34,721 nt of DNA from an uncultured Clostridia bacterium (GTDB lineage: Bacteria; Bacillota; Clostridia; Oscillospirales; Ruminococcaceae): positions 1 through 34,721 of the forward strand of contig CALLQM010000217.1 in the NCBI GenBank assembly GCA_938014855.1, given 5' to 3'. The position numbers and the translations under genes were made by a program. The notes beneath the pieces are model-generated. The model ran no database searches, had not been told where the DNA came from, and saw only the letters and a program-made list of their open reading frames with translations. Shown here piece after piece: positions 8,319 through 16,720 of the stretch; the first letter of the stretch is position 1, and the number at the start of each line of letters is the position of its first letter.

Positions 8319-8741
8319 TTACACATTTTGTTTGTTTTGTAAATATCTTTTTGCTTCACTGACCAGTCGTTTATCATTTTTAAAGGATACCATTTTGTCC
8401 ACATCGTCCAAACGGCACCAGCGGTATTCGCTGATTTCCTCCTCTTGTTTACGGACGGTATCGTCTCCCTGCGGAGTACCTAAAAAATAAACAACCTGTT
8501 TTTTGACGTGGGGCTTGGGAAAATATTCAACACTTTGGCGGAACCCATCCATAAGCGATACATCCAAACCGGTTTCCTCTTTGATTTCCCGCAGAGCGGT
8601 TTGCAGTTCGTTTTCTCCGGATTCTACATGTCCTTTTGGGAACGACCAGTGGCCGCCGCATCGGTGTTTAATAAGTAAAAGCTCTGTTTTTCCGTCATTT
8701 TTGCGGAAAACCAGTGCCCCGCAAGATTTTTCTCTTATCAC
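8319..8741 (-). CDS. NUDIX hydrolase, asymmetric Ap4A hydrolase-like
   Basis: EKSCGA, HWSFPKGHVE.GE....TALREIKEETGL Nudix box, K.V.YFL. Confidence 0.9.
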   Translation of the reverse strand: MIREKSCGALVFRKNDGKTELLLIKHRCGGHWSFPKGHVESGENELQTALREIKEETGLDVSLMDGFRQSVEYFPKPHVKKQVVYFLGTPQGDDTVRKQEEEISEYRWCRLDDVDKMVSFKNDKRLVSEAKRYLQNKQNV

Positions 8742-8920
8742 GTTGGTTTCACAATCCTCTCACAGACGCCGTGCGCCCTTTTTTTAAAAGCGCCCACACA
8801 TTCGCCGCGGGCGCTATGCCTTATGATTAAGCTCGGCATATACAGTTATTAATATACCACGACATTATTACTTTTAAAAGTCCTTTTGTTATATTTTCAT
8901 CTTGTTGACTTTCGTTTTGG

Positions 8921-8949
8921 TTGACAAATAGCATCGACTAAACTATAAT
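8921..8949 (+). promoter_or_regulatory. Consensus sigmaA promoter of the tRNA
   Basis: TTGACA-17-TATAAT. Confidence 0.9.
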
Positions 8950-8960
8950 AATTAGGCTGT

Positions 8961-9037
8961 GCGTTTGTAGCTCAGTCGGATAGAGCGACCGCCTCCTAAG
9001 CGGTAGGTCGGAGGTTCGAATCCCCTCAAGCGCACCA
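8961..9037 (+). tRNA. tRNA-Arg(CCT)
   Basis: Acceptor GCGTTTG/CAAGCGC, D arm GCTC/GAGC, anticodon stem ACCGC/GCGGT with CCT at 8995-8997, TTCGAAT loop, encoded CCA. Confidence 0.97.
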
Positions 9038-9043
9038 CCAAAT

Positions 9044-9080
9044 AGAGTTTGGACGTATTTTGCGTTCGGGCTCTTTTTTT
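9044..9080 (+). terminator. Terminator after the tRNA
   Basis: AGAGTTTGGACG/CGTTCGGGCTCT + T run. Confidence 0.75.
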
Positions 9081-9157
9081 GTTATAAAACCCCTTTCTGA
9101 ATATTTTGTGGATTTACAGAAATATTATAATTAATACACTGTAAAGGAGATATTCAT

Positions 9158-9337
9158 ATGAACAAAAAGCGTGCAAGTGAAATCGTAGCTTCACCGGTTA
9201 TGGTTCATGTAACCTATAATGGAGATCCAATTTATATTGAAAATGTAAACGGCGACGATGCAACAGCAGAGATTCATTCTCTTAAAGAACCTAACAAAAG
9301 TCAAAAAGTTGAATTATCAAATTTAATAGAACATTAA
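9158..9337 (+). CDS. sspH: H-type small acid-soluble spore protein (59 aa, below the ORF-track cutoff)
   Basis: Translated by hand: MNKKRASEIVASPVMVHVTYNGDPIYIENVNGDDATAEIHSLKEPNKSQKVELSNLIEH; AAAGGAGA RBS. Confidence 0.93.
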   Translation: MNKKRASEIVASPVMVHVTYNGDPIYIENVNGDDATAEIHSLKEPNKSQKVELSNLIEH

Positions 9338-9360
9338 AGCAGAGCGATAAAAGAAAACGG

Positions 9361-9402
9361 AAATCTATGCAAAGGTGAGCAAACCAATGCATAGATTTTT
9401 TT
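9361..9402 (+). terminator. Terminator after sspH
   Basis: AAATCTATGCA/TGCATAGATTT + T run. Confidence 0.65.
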
Positions 9403-9502
9403 CTGCTTTTGGATAAACTTACTGAAACGCTTTTAGCACATATTTATTTTGCGCAAGGAAATTCTAATAAAAGCGGCAATTCAAAATTAGGAGGTGTTAA
9501 CA

Positions 9503-9784
9503 ATGGATGAAACAAATAATTTGGCAATCAATACGTTAGATGAAGTTCCAAATCCGGATACAAATGCGAAAGAAATTGTCGGTCTTGTGAAAGAAAAGGG
9601 CAGGATTTCCGGTTATCAGTTATCCGACGGAAAGATTCTCTCCAAACAGGAGGGCGTCAATCTGGCAAAGCAGGGTCAAATTAAAGGTGTCGGAGTTGCC
9701 AGCCGACATGGTACGCAGTATTTAAAATCGATTCCCGACGGTACGGAAAACAATAACTTGGGAAATCTGCCGACTGTACAGTAA
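9503..9784 (+). CDS. DUF3892 domain protein
   Basis: GRISGYQLSDG, G..YLKS.PDG...NNL.NLP motif; AGGAGGTG RBS. Confidence 0.8.
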   Translation: MDETNNLAINTLDEVPNPDTNAKEIVGLVKEKGRISGYQLSDGKILSKQEGVNLAKQGQIKGVGVASRHGTQYLKSIPDGTENNNLGNLPTVQ

Positions 9785-9798
9785 AACTGCATAAATAC

Positions 9799-9837
9799 AA
9801 AAATCCATGTGTAAGGATACCCTCACATGGATTTTTT
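9799..9837 (+). terminator. Terminator
   Basis: AAAAATCCATGTG/CACATGGATTTTT. Confidence 0.8.
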
Positions 9838-9880
9838 GCTTTGTTATGATACAATGGAAACACAAGTTGGAGGATGTTAT

Positions 9881-10063
9881 ATGAAAATAAAAAAACCGAA
9901 ACATAGAATGTTAAAAATTATCGAAATCGCAGGAATTACTTCGATGTCTATCATTTTAGTTCTGGACTGTTTTTTTGACTTTTATAATAAATTCCCCTAC
10001 ATCTTTCTTTGTGTTTTATTAATCAATATAGTTGGTTTTGTTTTTACACTGCGTAACAGATAA
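9881..10063 (+). CDS. Small two-TM membrane protein (60 aa)
   Basis: GGAGGA RBS; basic N-terminus, two hydrophobic helices; AT-rich. Confidence 0.55.
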   Translation: MKIKKPKHRMLKIIEIAGITSMSIILVLDCFFDFYNKFPYIFLCVLLINIVGFVFTLRNR

Positions 10064-10064
10064 T

Positions 10065-11831
10065 TTATAAATTGATGAGCAGGGCGTTGATTTTTTCTCC
10101 TAACAGAACACGCTCGCGATAAACCCACTGCTCGTCAAATTCCAAATTAAAGTTTTTGGAAAACGAATAATATAAATTCAGTTTTTGATAATAGATTTCC
10201 AGTTCGGATAGAGTTTGAGCAAAACAGGTCGGCTTAGAAAGTTCGGTGCTTTGCGCAACAAAATAATCCTCGATAAAATCCATTAGGCAGTCGAGCAGTT
10301 CAGGTTTGCTGACGTCAAACGGCAGACGCATGAGCTTGTATTGGTCTTCTTCCGGCAGATTATATTGCTTGACGGATTCTAAAATCAAAAGAAAATCGCG
10401 GATATCCATTTTCCGGTAATAACCGAGTGTTTTATGCCGTGTGCTCCAAAGCGCCAGTTTTTGACTGAGCGGCAGATTTCGAATGTTGAGAATTTCTTCA
10501 CTTGGCCCGATGACCGCGGTTTTCAGCGGCGAATCCGGCTGTTCCAAGCTTTCGCAGATATACGGCTGATCCAAACTGTTTGTTCCGACATATCCAATTT
10601 CGTAAATGCCTTGGCGGCCTGCCCGTCCGCCGATCTGCTTGATTTCCTGCGAAGTCAGAAACCGCACTTCTTCGCCGTCAAATTTCTGCATGCTCATAAA
10701 AATGATGCGTCGGATGGGTAAATTTACCCCCATGCCGATTGCGTCGGTGGTGACCAAAACGCTGGTTTCACCGTTCAAAAACATCGCATACTGTTTTTTG
10801 CGGACTTCGGGCGGCAGGTCACCGTAAATGATGCTGGTTTTGATTCCTCTGTCCATATAATTTTTAGATATTTCAAGAACGCGCTGTTTGGAAAAGACGA
10901 CTAAAGCATCCCCTTTTTCCGTATCGTGAAATTCAAAGGGTTTGTCGTAGATTTCGAGAGGAGTCTGTCGGAAGTATTCTTTGATCTCATACTGATCGCC
11001 GCAGTCTTCTATGATTTTGAGAAGCAGAGTTTTTGCGTTAAATGCACCGCACACATGGATTTCCGGGCATAATAGCCCAAGCAGGGCACGCGTCCAAGCT
11101 TGTCCACGCTGAGAATTGCCGATCATTTGGATTTCGTCGATGACAGCAACCTCATATTCTTTGGTTATATTCAGTTTTTCAACGGTCGAACTGACATGCT
11201 GTGCTCCGTCCACGATGATTTCTTCTTCTCCGGTAATCAGACTGCACGGAACACCATCCTCGTTGAGTCTTTCAAAAATTTCTAATGCCAAGATTCGCAG
11301 CGGAGCCAAATAAACGCCGCTGTGTGCCTGCTTGAGGCGCTGAATGGCATTGTACGTTTTTCCGGTATTGGTTTCTCCAAGATGCATATGGATGGTTCTC
11401 TGCATTGCTCGGGCATGTGGGTACTCGTCTTTCGGGTTCTTTGGAAAATAGCGTTTAAATTGTTCCGCAACTAAATCCGGAATATGGCTCGACATCAGTA
11501 CGGCAATGATGCCGGAACTGAGATAGCCTTCATGGTCTTTTTTTACAACTTCCTCAAAGTCATAATCCGTTCGATTCTTTTTATTATAAAATGCCAGCAG
11601 GCGAACCGAAATTTCATCCAAAAGGCGTACCCAGTCTGCATACAGACGGTTGTAGCCTCGGATGTGTTTGTGCTCTAACTGTGAGAGCGCTTTGATTTTT
11701 TTGCGCACACTTTTTTCGTGATTCCATAGATTCGAATTTTTCGAATGCCGCACGATGTTTCTCGTCTGCGCCAATTGGGACTTGAGTTTTTCAAATTCCC
11801 GCAGTGCTCTTTGACTTTTTTTCATGTTCAT
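10065..11831 (-). CDS. SUV3-like SF2 helicase
   Basis: YP.AR.M.R.I..HLGETNTGKT, APLRILALE, DEIQM, TDAIGMGVNL, QIGGRAGR. Confidence 0.9.
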   Translation of the reverse strand: MNMKKSQRALREFEKLKSQLAQTRNIVRHSKNSNLWNHEKSVRKKIKALSQLEHKHIRGYNRLYADWVRLLDEISVRLLAFYNKKNRTDYDFEEVVKKDHEGYLSSGIIAVLMSSHIPDLVAEQFKRYFPKNPKDEYPHARAMQRTIHMHLGETNTGKTYNAIQRLKQAHSGVYLAPLRILALEIFERLNEDGVPCSLITGEEEIIVDGAQHVSSTVEKLNITKEYEVAVIDEIQMIGNSQRGQAWTRALLGLLCPEIHVCGAFNAKTLLLKIIEDCGDQYEIKEYFRQTPLEIYDKPFEFHDTEKGDALVVFSKQRVLEISKNYMDRGIKTSIIYGDLPPEVRKKQYAMFLNGETSVLVTTDAIGMGVNLPIRRIIFMSMQKFDGEEVRFLTSQEIKQIGGRAGRQGIYEIGYVGTNSLDQPYICESLEQPDSPLKTAVIGPSEEILNIRNLPLSQKLALWSTRHKTLGYYRKMDIRDFLLILESVKQYNLPEEDQYKLMRLPFDVSKPELLDCLMDFIEDYFVAQSTELSKPTCFAQTLSELEIYYQKLNLYYSFSKNFNLEFDEQWVYRERVLLGEKINALLINL

Positions 11832-11893
11832 TCAACCATTCTGCCAATTGATATACCGTTATTATGCGGATTTATCCGGTCGATATTTATAAA

Positions 11894-11933
11894 AAAACCC
11901 GGTTCCTTCCCAAAAGAAAAGGAGCCGGGTTTT
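11894..11933 (-). terminator. Terminator
   Basis: AAAACCCGGTTCCTT/AAGGAGCCGGGTTTT. Confidence 0.75.
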
Positions 11934-11945
11934 GTTTGTTTATGA

Positions 11946-13070
11946 TTAATCTTTAAATTCGATTTCAATACTGCCGTCTTCGCTGTCGTAACGGGAGCTC
12001 TTTCTGGGTTTAAAGGTAAAATCGTAGCTGCGGCCTTCGCGCACCTCTGTGCTGCTGGAGGAATCCCATTTAAACGAACCTTTTACAAGGTCACCGTTGT
12101 CGTCCCGTGCTTCCACAGCGTCCTCAAGTGCATCTGTCAAATCACGCAGTTTGTCGCCATCTTTTGCACTTAAAACTTTTGTGTCGTAGTGCAGAGAAAT
12201 GTCACCGAATGCGCCGTCGACATAGATCATAACTTTGCTCTTGACGGGCTCATACGACTCGTCATCGGGGGTAAAGGTAAACGGATAACTGCGGTCATCG
12301 TCATCCAGCTCTGCATAACGAGGATAGTTCCAAGTGCATTCGCCCTCGACGGTATCATAGGTACGAGTATCATATGCGTACACATTGTCGTTTAGATCAT
12401 CCAATAGATCCAATAAACGATCGTCTTCATTGCCTTCAAGCGGATCGATTTCCAACCGAATTTTGGCTGTTGACGTTTTGGTGGGTTTGGATGTTTTTAC
12501 GGGATTTTTTGCAACCGTAGGCTTGGTAACAGCGGCGCCTTTTTCAACCGTTACGGTCGCTTTTGCATCGGTTTTTGTTGTTTTGGTGACTTTTGCACCT
12601 TTTCTTACGGTAACTTTTGCCGCGGCAGACAGATTCATGGTCGAAACTTTGCCGCTTACTGAAATTTTATTCGGGGATGCGACGGAAAGCTTTGTTACAT
12701 TGGCAGTTGTGCCGATCGAAACAACGACATCATCCTGCAGCGCTTTTTTAACGGAAACGGAATTGAGCGTTCCCTCTACATTCATGGTTGTTTGTTTGCC
12801 AAGCGAAATATAACGACTCTTTCCAGTGGAATCAATAAAGTTGAGCAGTAGGTTTCCGGTTTTGCCGGTTGTAAACGCAACATCTGTTGATTTAAGCGCA
12901 TAGCCGGCAACAGCTTTTCCGCTTTTTGTCAATGATAATTTTTTGCCGGTCACCTTGACGCCATACGGCAGAGTCGTCGTCGTCGCAGCGCTGACCGCGA
13001 CAGCAGTGCTTACCGTAATTGCTGCCGCCAGGGCGAGTGAAGTTAATTTTTTTCCAATCGATCTGATCAT
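11946..13070 (-). CDS. Secreted protein: basic K/T/V-rich N-terminal half and two acidic Ig-like C-terminal repeats
   Basis: Signal peptide ending AVSA; repeated G...W...SY.FTF.P...Y motif; AGAAGGGTG RBS. Confidence 0.8.
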   Translation of the reverse strand: MIRSIGKKLTSLALAAAITVSTAVAVSAATTTTLPYGVKVTGKKLSLTKSGKAVAGYALKSTDVAFTTGKTGNLLLNFIDSTGKSRYISLGKQTTMNVEGTLNSVSVKKALQDDVVVSIGTTANVTKLSVASPNKISVSGKVSTMNLSAAAKVTVRKGAKVTKTTKTDAKATVTVEKGAAVTKPTVAKNPVKTSKPTKTSTAKIRLEIDPLEGNEDDRLLDLLDDLNDNVYAYDTRTYDTVEGECTWNYPRYAELDDDDRSYPFTFTPDDESYEPVKSKVMIYVDGAFGDISLHYDTKVLSAKDGDKLRDLTDALEDAVEARDDNGDLVKGSFKWDSSSSTEVREGRSYDFTFKPRKSSRYDSEDGSIEIEFKD

Positions 13071-13260
13071 TTGTCACCCTTCTTTTCTACATATTTTAAA
13101 TGAAAGCATTCAAATAAAGCTTTTTCCTATTATACCATAAATACATTGGAAGTAAATGGAGGATTGTCGCAAAACATAAGCAAAGAAACGGCCGAATCTA
13201 CATTCAGTTTGACAATTTTGCAGGAATTTCAGCTTTGCGATTGTTGCGGGGTACAGCACG

Positions 13261-13290
13261 TTCTTTTAGCCCTCTTCACTGCATATAGAT
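13261..13290 (+). promoter_or_regulatory. Putative sigmaE promoter of spoIIID
   Basis: TTCTTTT-14-CATATAGAT; spoIIID is sigmaE-dependent in B. subtilis and C. difficile. Confidence 0.55.
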
Positions 13291-13321
13291 GAATAGACAG
13301 AATAGCAGGGGAGGCTTTATC

Positions 13322-13582
13322 TTGAAAGGATTGCCGGAGGAACGTGCCATAACGTTCGCACATTACATTATTGACAATAATACGACCGTTCGAGCCGCCG
13401 CAAAGGAATTTCATATAAGCAAAAGTACAGTACATAAAGACGTTACGGACCGGCTGAAAAAAATCAACCCCAATATTTACGCACAAGTGAAGGCGGTTTT
13501 GGAGCATAACAAATCAGAACGGCATATTCGTGGTGGAATTGCGACAAGAGAAAAATATGCGAGGATGAAAGCGCAACAATAA
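13322..13582 (+). CDS. spoIIID: Sporulation transcription factor SpoIIID
   Basis: TVRAAAKEF.ISKSTVHKDVT.RL...NK.ERHIRGG.AT; TTG start with GGGGAGG RBS. Confidence 0.98.
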   Translation: MKGLPEERAITFAHYIIDNNTTVRAAAKEFHISKSTVHKDVTDRLKKINPNIYAQVKAVLEHNKSERHIRGGIATREKYARMKAQQ

Positions 13583-13617
13583 AAAAGGCGGGCACAAGTG
13601 ATTTGTGCCCGCCTTTT
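13583..13617 (+). terminator. Terminator
   Basis: AAAAGGCGGGCACAA/TTGTGCCCGCCTTTT. Confidence 0.85.
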
Positions 13618-13760
13618 CTTATGGATACTGACTGTGCTTGTTCCAATTAAGAAACGATCTGATATATCTAATTAAAAATGATTTTGACGTTCATCCGCTC
13701 GATAAGGACAAGTATGCAGGATATGGCAGTGGTTAATCACGCATATTTCTAATTTGCCGC

Positions 13761-13810
13761 TTGTGTTTTAAAATTTGCTATGCTATAATACAGTCATCTG
13801 ATATATTAGA
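13761..13810 (+). promoter_or_regulatory. sigmaA promoter with putative GntR operator
   Basis: TTGTGT-17-TATAAT (extended TG), then TCTGATATATTAGA at 13797-13810. Confidence 0.7.
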
Positions 13811-13853
13811 AATTACGGATGCTCGGATTATATTGCAAAGAGGGAAGTAAAAT

Positions 13854-14939
13854 ATGTCAAATTACATTAAAGAAGTCAATCTTTACAGCGCGATTTCAAA
13901 AATGAGCCGCCCAATTGCGGATGCGACCCATGAAATTTCAGATATTAAGTTTTATGTTGTGGAACTTGTGACCGAAAAAGGCATTAAGGGACAAGGTTAT
14001 CTTCTAAGTTTCCATTATTCTCCGGAAGCAATCGAGGGAGCGCTTAAAGACCTCAAGCGTTTTCTCACCGAAAATCGTTTTGAAGTCAACGAAATGATTC
14101 GCATGAAGCAGATGTATGAAGTGGAGTGCGAATATTTTGGAAATCCCGGACTTCTGCGCTGGGCGCAGGCGGCCGCAAACGTTGCTATGTGGGATGCATG
14201 GGGCAAAACGCTGGGTCAGCCGGTTTGGAAACTTCTGGGCAGCAACGGCAAAAAGATTCCGGTTTATGGCAGCGGCGGATGGCTCAACTATACCGACGAG
14301 GAGCTGCTCGACGAAGTCTGCGGATATAAAGCACGCGGCTTTACGGCAGTCAAAGTAAAAGTGGGAAGCCCTGATATTGAGCGCGATCTGCGCAGAATGC
14401 GCATGGTGCGGGAAGCGATTGGCGATTCGATGCGCATTATGATTGATGCCAACCAAGGCATGGATGTTCCAAGTGCGATTAAGCTGTCCAATCTTGCCAA
14501 AGATATCGGTATTCACTGGTTTGAAGAACCGGTGGCAAACACGGATTTTGCCGGATACGAAACGATTCGCGCGAAGACCGGAATCAGCCTTGCAATGGGC
14601 GAACGGGAATACAATGACAGTGCTCTGCTGGATTTAATCCGCCGCAATGCGCTTGATCTTTGGCAGCCCGACATTATTCGAATTGGCGGCGTAGAGGCTT
14701 GGCGCGAATCGGCGGCACTTGCCGACGCATACCATATTCCCTGCCTGCCGCACTATTATAAAGATTATGACGTACCGCTTTTGGCGACTATTGCAAATCC
14801 CTGCGGTGCGGAGAGCTTTGACTGGATTGATGGAATCATCGACAATACGATGCGTATAGAAAATGGTTATGCAATGCTGCGTGATGGCGCGGGCTGGGGA
14901 TTCAGCTTTAAAGAAGAATTCCTCAAGCCAATTCAATAA
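13854..14939 (+). CDS. Mandelate-racemase-subgroup enolase (acid-sugar dehydratase-like)
   Basis: KVK, DAN, EEP, GE, QPD and PH catalytic motifs; WD..GK..GQPVWKLLG. Confidence 0.9.
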   Translation: MSNYIKEVNLYSAISKMSRPIADATHEISDIKFYVVELVTEKGIKGQGYLLSFHYSPEAIEGALKDLKRFLTENRFEVNEMIRMKQMYEVECEYFGNPGLLRWAQAAANVAMWDAWGKTLGQPVWKLLGSNGKKIPVYGSGGWLNYTDEELLDEVCGYKARGFTAVKVKVGSPDIERDLRRMRMVREAIGDSMRIMIDANQGMDVPSAIKLSNLAKDIGIHWFEEPVANTDFAGYETIRAKTGISLAMGEREYNDSALLDLIRRNALDLWQPDIIRIGGVEAWRESAALADAYHIPCLPHYYKDYDVPLLATIANPCGAESFDWIDGIIDNTMRIENGYAMLRDGAGWGFSFKEEFLKPIQ

Positions 14940-14951
14940 GGGGGCTTATAC

Positions 14952-15695
14952 ATGTTTGACTTAACCGGAAGAGTTGGCATCGTCACGGGTGCATCCAGCG
15001 GCATCGGATACGCAACCGCGAATGTTCTCGCGCAGGCGGGAGCAACGGTTTATGCAATCAGCCGCAGTGGCGCGGTAAAAGACAAAGATGCCTTTGTTCA
15101 TGAAAATATTGTGCATATCAAAGGTGACATCTGTGACAACCAACGCATGGAAGAAATTGTACAGGAAATCGGCGAACGGGACGGGATTGATTTTCTCATC
15201 AATAACGCTGGAATTACCGTGAAAAAACGCGCAGAAGAGCTGACATATGAGGAATTTGACCGTGTTCAAAAGGTCAATGTAAATGGCATGTTTTGGTTGA
15301 GCCGTCTATGCTATCCTTATCTGAAAGCATCCAAACATGTTGGTCGCATTGTGAATATTTCCAGTATGGCGGCACACCTCGGATTTTCGCAGGTTGTCCC
15401 TTACTGTGCAAGCAAAAGTGCAGTTCTAGGGCTGACGCGCGGTCTTGCCATTGAATGGACGCATGACAATATTACGGTCAACAGCATTGCGCCGGGCTGG
15501 TATCCGTCTGAACTGTCCAAACAGGTGATGGACGAAGATCGGCGTCAAAAGATTCTGAACCGAATTCCGATGCATAAATTCGGTGACACCAAGGATTTGG
15601 GCGCAATGGCGCAGTTCCTACTGTCGGACAGCGCGGCATATATCACAGGCTGTGATTTTCCCGTTGACGGCGGTGCGCTTGCATTTGGATTTTAA
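14952..15695 (+). CDS. SDR oxidoreductase (gluconate 5-dehydrogenase/KduD-like)
   Basis: TGASSGIG, NNAG, YCASK, VNSIAPG, VDGG. Confidence 0.9.
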   Translation: MFDLTGRVGIVTGASSGIGYATANVLAQAGATVYAISRSGAVKDKDAFVHENIVHIKGDICDNQRMEEIVQEIGERDGIDFLINNAGITVKKRAEELTYEEFDRVQKVNVNGMFWLSRLCYPYLKASKHVGRIVNISSMAAHLGFSQVVPYCASKSAVLGLTRGLAIEWTHDNITVNSIAPGWYPSELSKQVMDEDRRQKILNRIPMHKFGDTKDLGAMAQFLLSDSAAYITGCDFPVDGGALAFGF

Positions 15696-15713
15696 AAAAA
15701 TAGGATGAAATAT

Positions 15714-15755
15714 AACAGCCGCGGTCAGACAAAATGCCTGACTGCGGCTGTTTTT
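15714..15755. terminator. Terminator between convergent genes
   Basis: ACAGCCGCGGTCAG/CTGACTGCGGCTGT + T run. Confidence 0.75.
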
Positions 15756-15763
15756 GTATATTA

Positions 15764-16435
15764 CTATGCATTTGCATTTTCTTCATGACGCAGAGTTTCC
15801 AAAGAGGAGAGCAGGGAATGATTGATGTGTTCGGTGAATGCGGCTTCGATTTCCTGATCATCCTCCATAAGAATGGCGCGTATGATTCGCCTGTGTTCCG
15901 CAAGGGTATCCTGACGGGGAGAATTGCGGTGCTGGAGCATGCTTAGGATGCCGACTCGGTAGGTGTCCTGCATAATTTCGCGGAACGAGCGGGACAGACG
16001 GGTGTTGCCGGGAGCGTCCACGATAAATTGATGGAATTCGATATCCAGCGCATAAAACTGACGCTCATCTTCCAATTTCGTGCAAGTTTTTAATGCATCA
16101 AATCTTCTTTCAAAATCCAAAAGCGTGATGCTGTCGATTTGATTTTTGTATTTGATTGCAACGGTAGGTTCAATCAGTTTCCGGATTTGGTAAAGCTGTG
16201 CGGTATCTTCCGGCAAGATTCGCTTCGCGCGGGTGCCGCTGCGCGGATAAATTTCGATTAGATTCTCTTTTTGCAGCATCAGCAGGGCTTCTCTGACAGG
16301 TGTGCGTCCTGCACCGATGGTCTCGGCAATCTGCTTTTCGCTGATGTCCTGACCGGGATAAAATTCACAATTGAGTACCTTATCTTTTATAAATTGATAG
16401 GCAATATCTTTCAGATTTGTGACTGCCTCCATCAT
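15764..16435 (-). CDS. GntR family regulator (FCD C-terminal domain)
   Basis: PG..ISE..IA..IG.GRTPVREAL wHTH; D.EFH and EH..I metal-binding motifs. Confidence 0.93.
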   Translation of the reverse strand: MMEAVTNLKDIAYQFIKDKVLNCEFYPGQDISEKQIAETIGAGRTPVREALLMLQKENLIEIYPRSGTRAKRILPEDTAQLYQIRKLIEPTVAIKYKNQIDSITLLDFERRFDALKTCTKLEDERQFYALDIEFHQFIVDAPGNTRLSRSFREIMQDTYRVGILSMLQHRNSPRQDTLAEHRRIIRAILMEDDQEIEAAFTEHINHSLLSSLETLRHEENANA

Positions 16436-16448
16436 ATACCCCCTTTGG

Positions 16449-16496
16449 TAAATATATCAGTTGTAATTAGTATAGCAGAATTTAACCAAATAGCAA
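16449..16496 (-). promoter_or_regulatory. gntR promoter with operator copy
   Basis: TTGCTA-16-TATACT (extended TG); CTGATATATTTA at 16460-16449. Confidence 0.55.
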
Positions 16497-16538
16497 TCAT
16501 AAACAAAAAGATAGAGTAAAAAACAGCAATTTAGATAA

Positions 16539-16588
16539 TTGAATTTCAACAGATTGAATGGTATGATAAAGATAATCTAATATATCAG
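16539..16588 (+). promoter_or_regulatory. sigmaA promoter with operator copy
   Basis: TTGAAT-17-TATGAT (extended TG); CTAATATATCAG at 16577-16588. Confidence 0.7.
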
Positions 16589-16720
16589 TTTTATTACAAG
16601 TTATGTAAAAGCATAAAAACAGACTGTTGAGAATGGAATATATGTTTAAATTTGTCTATTTAATACAATTATTTCATCAATACAACAAAGAAACAAATAT
16701 ATCAAAAAAGGAGAGGGAAC

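Noticed and set aside
8742-8860. c-di-AMP or ykkC-subtype riboswitch, expected from the downstream genes
   Set aside because: I could not find their conserved sequence blocks; kept only as an unknown structured leader.
12121-12134. TCCTCAAGTGCATC resembling the tRNA 3' end (possible attR)
   Set aside because: Short, mismatched, inside a CDS, and no integrase nearby.
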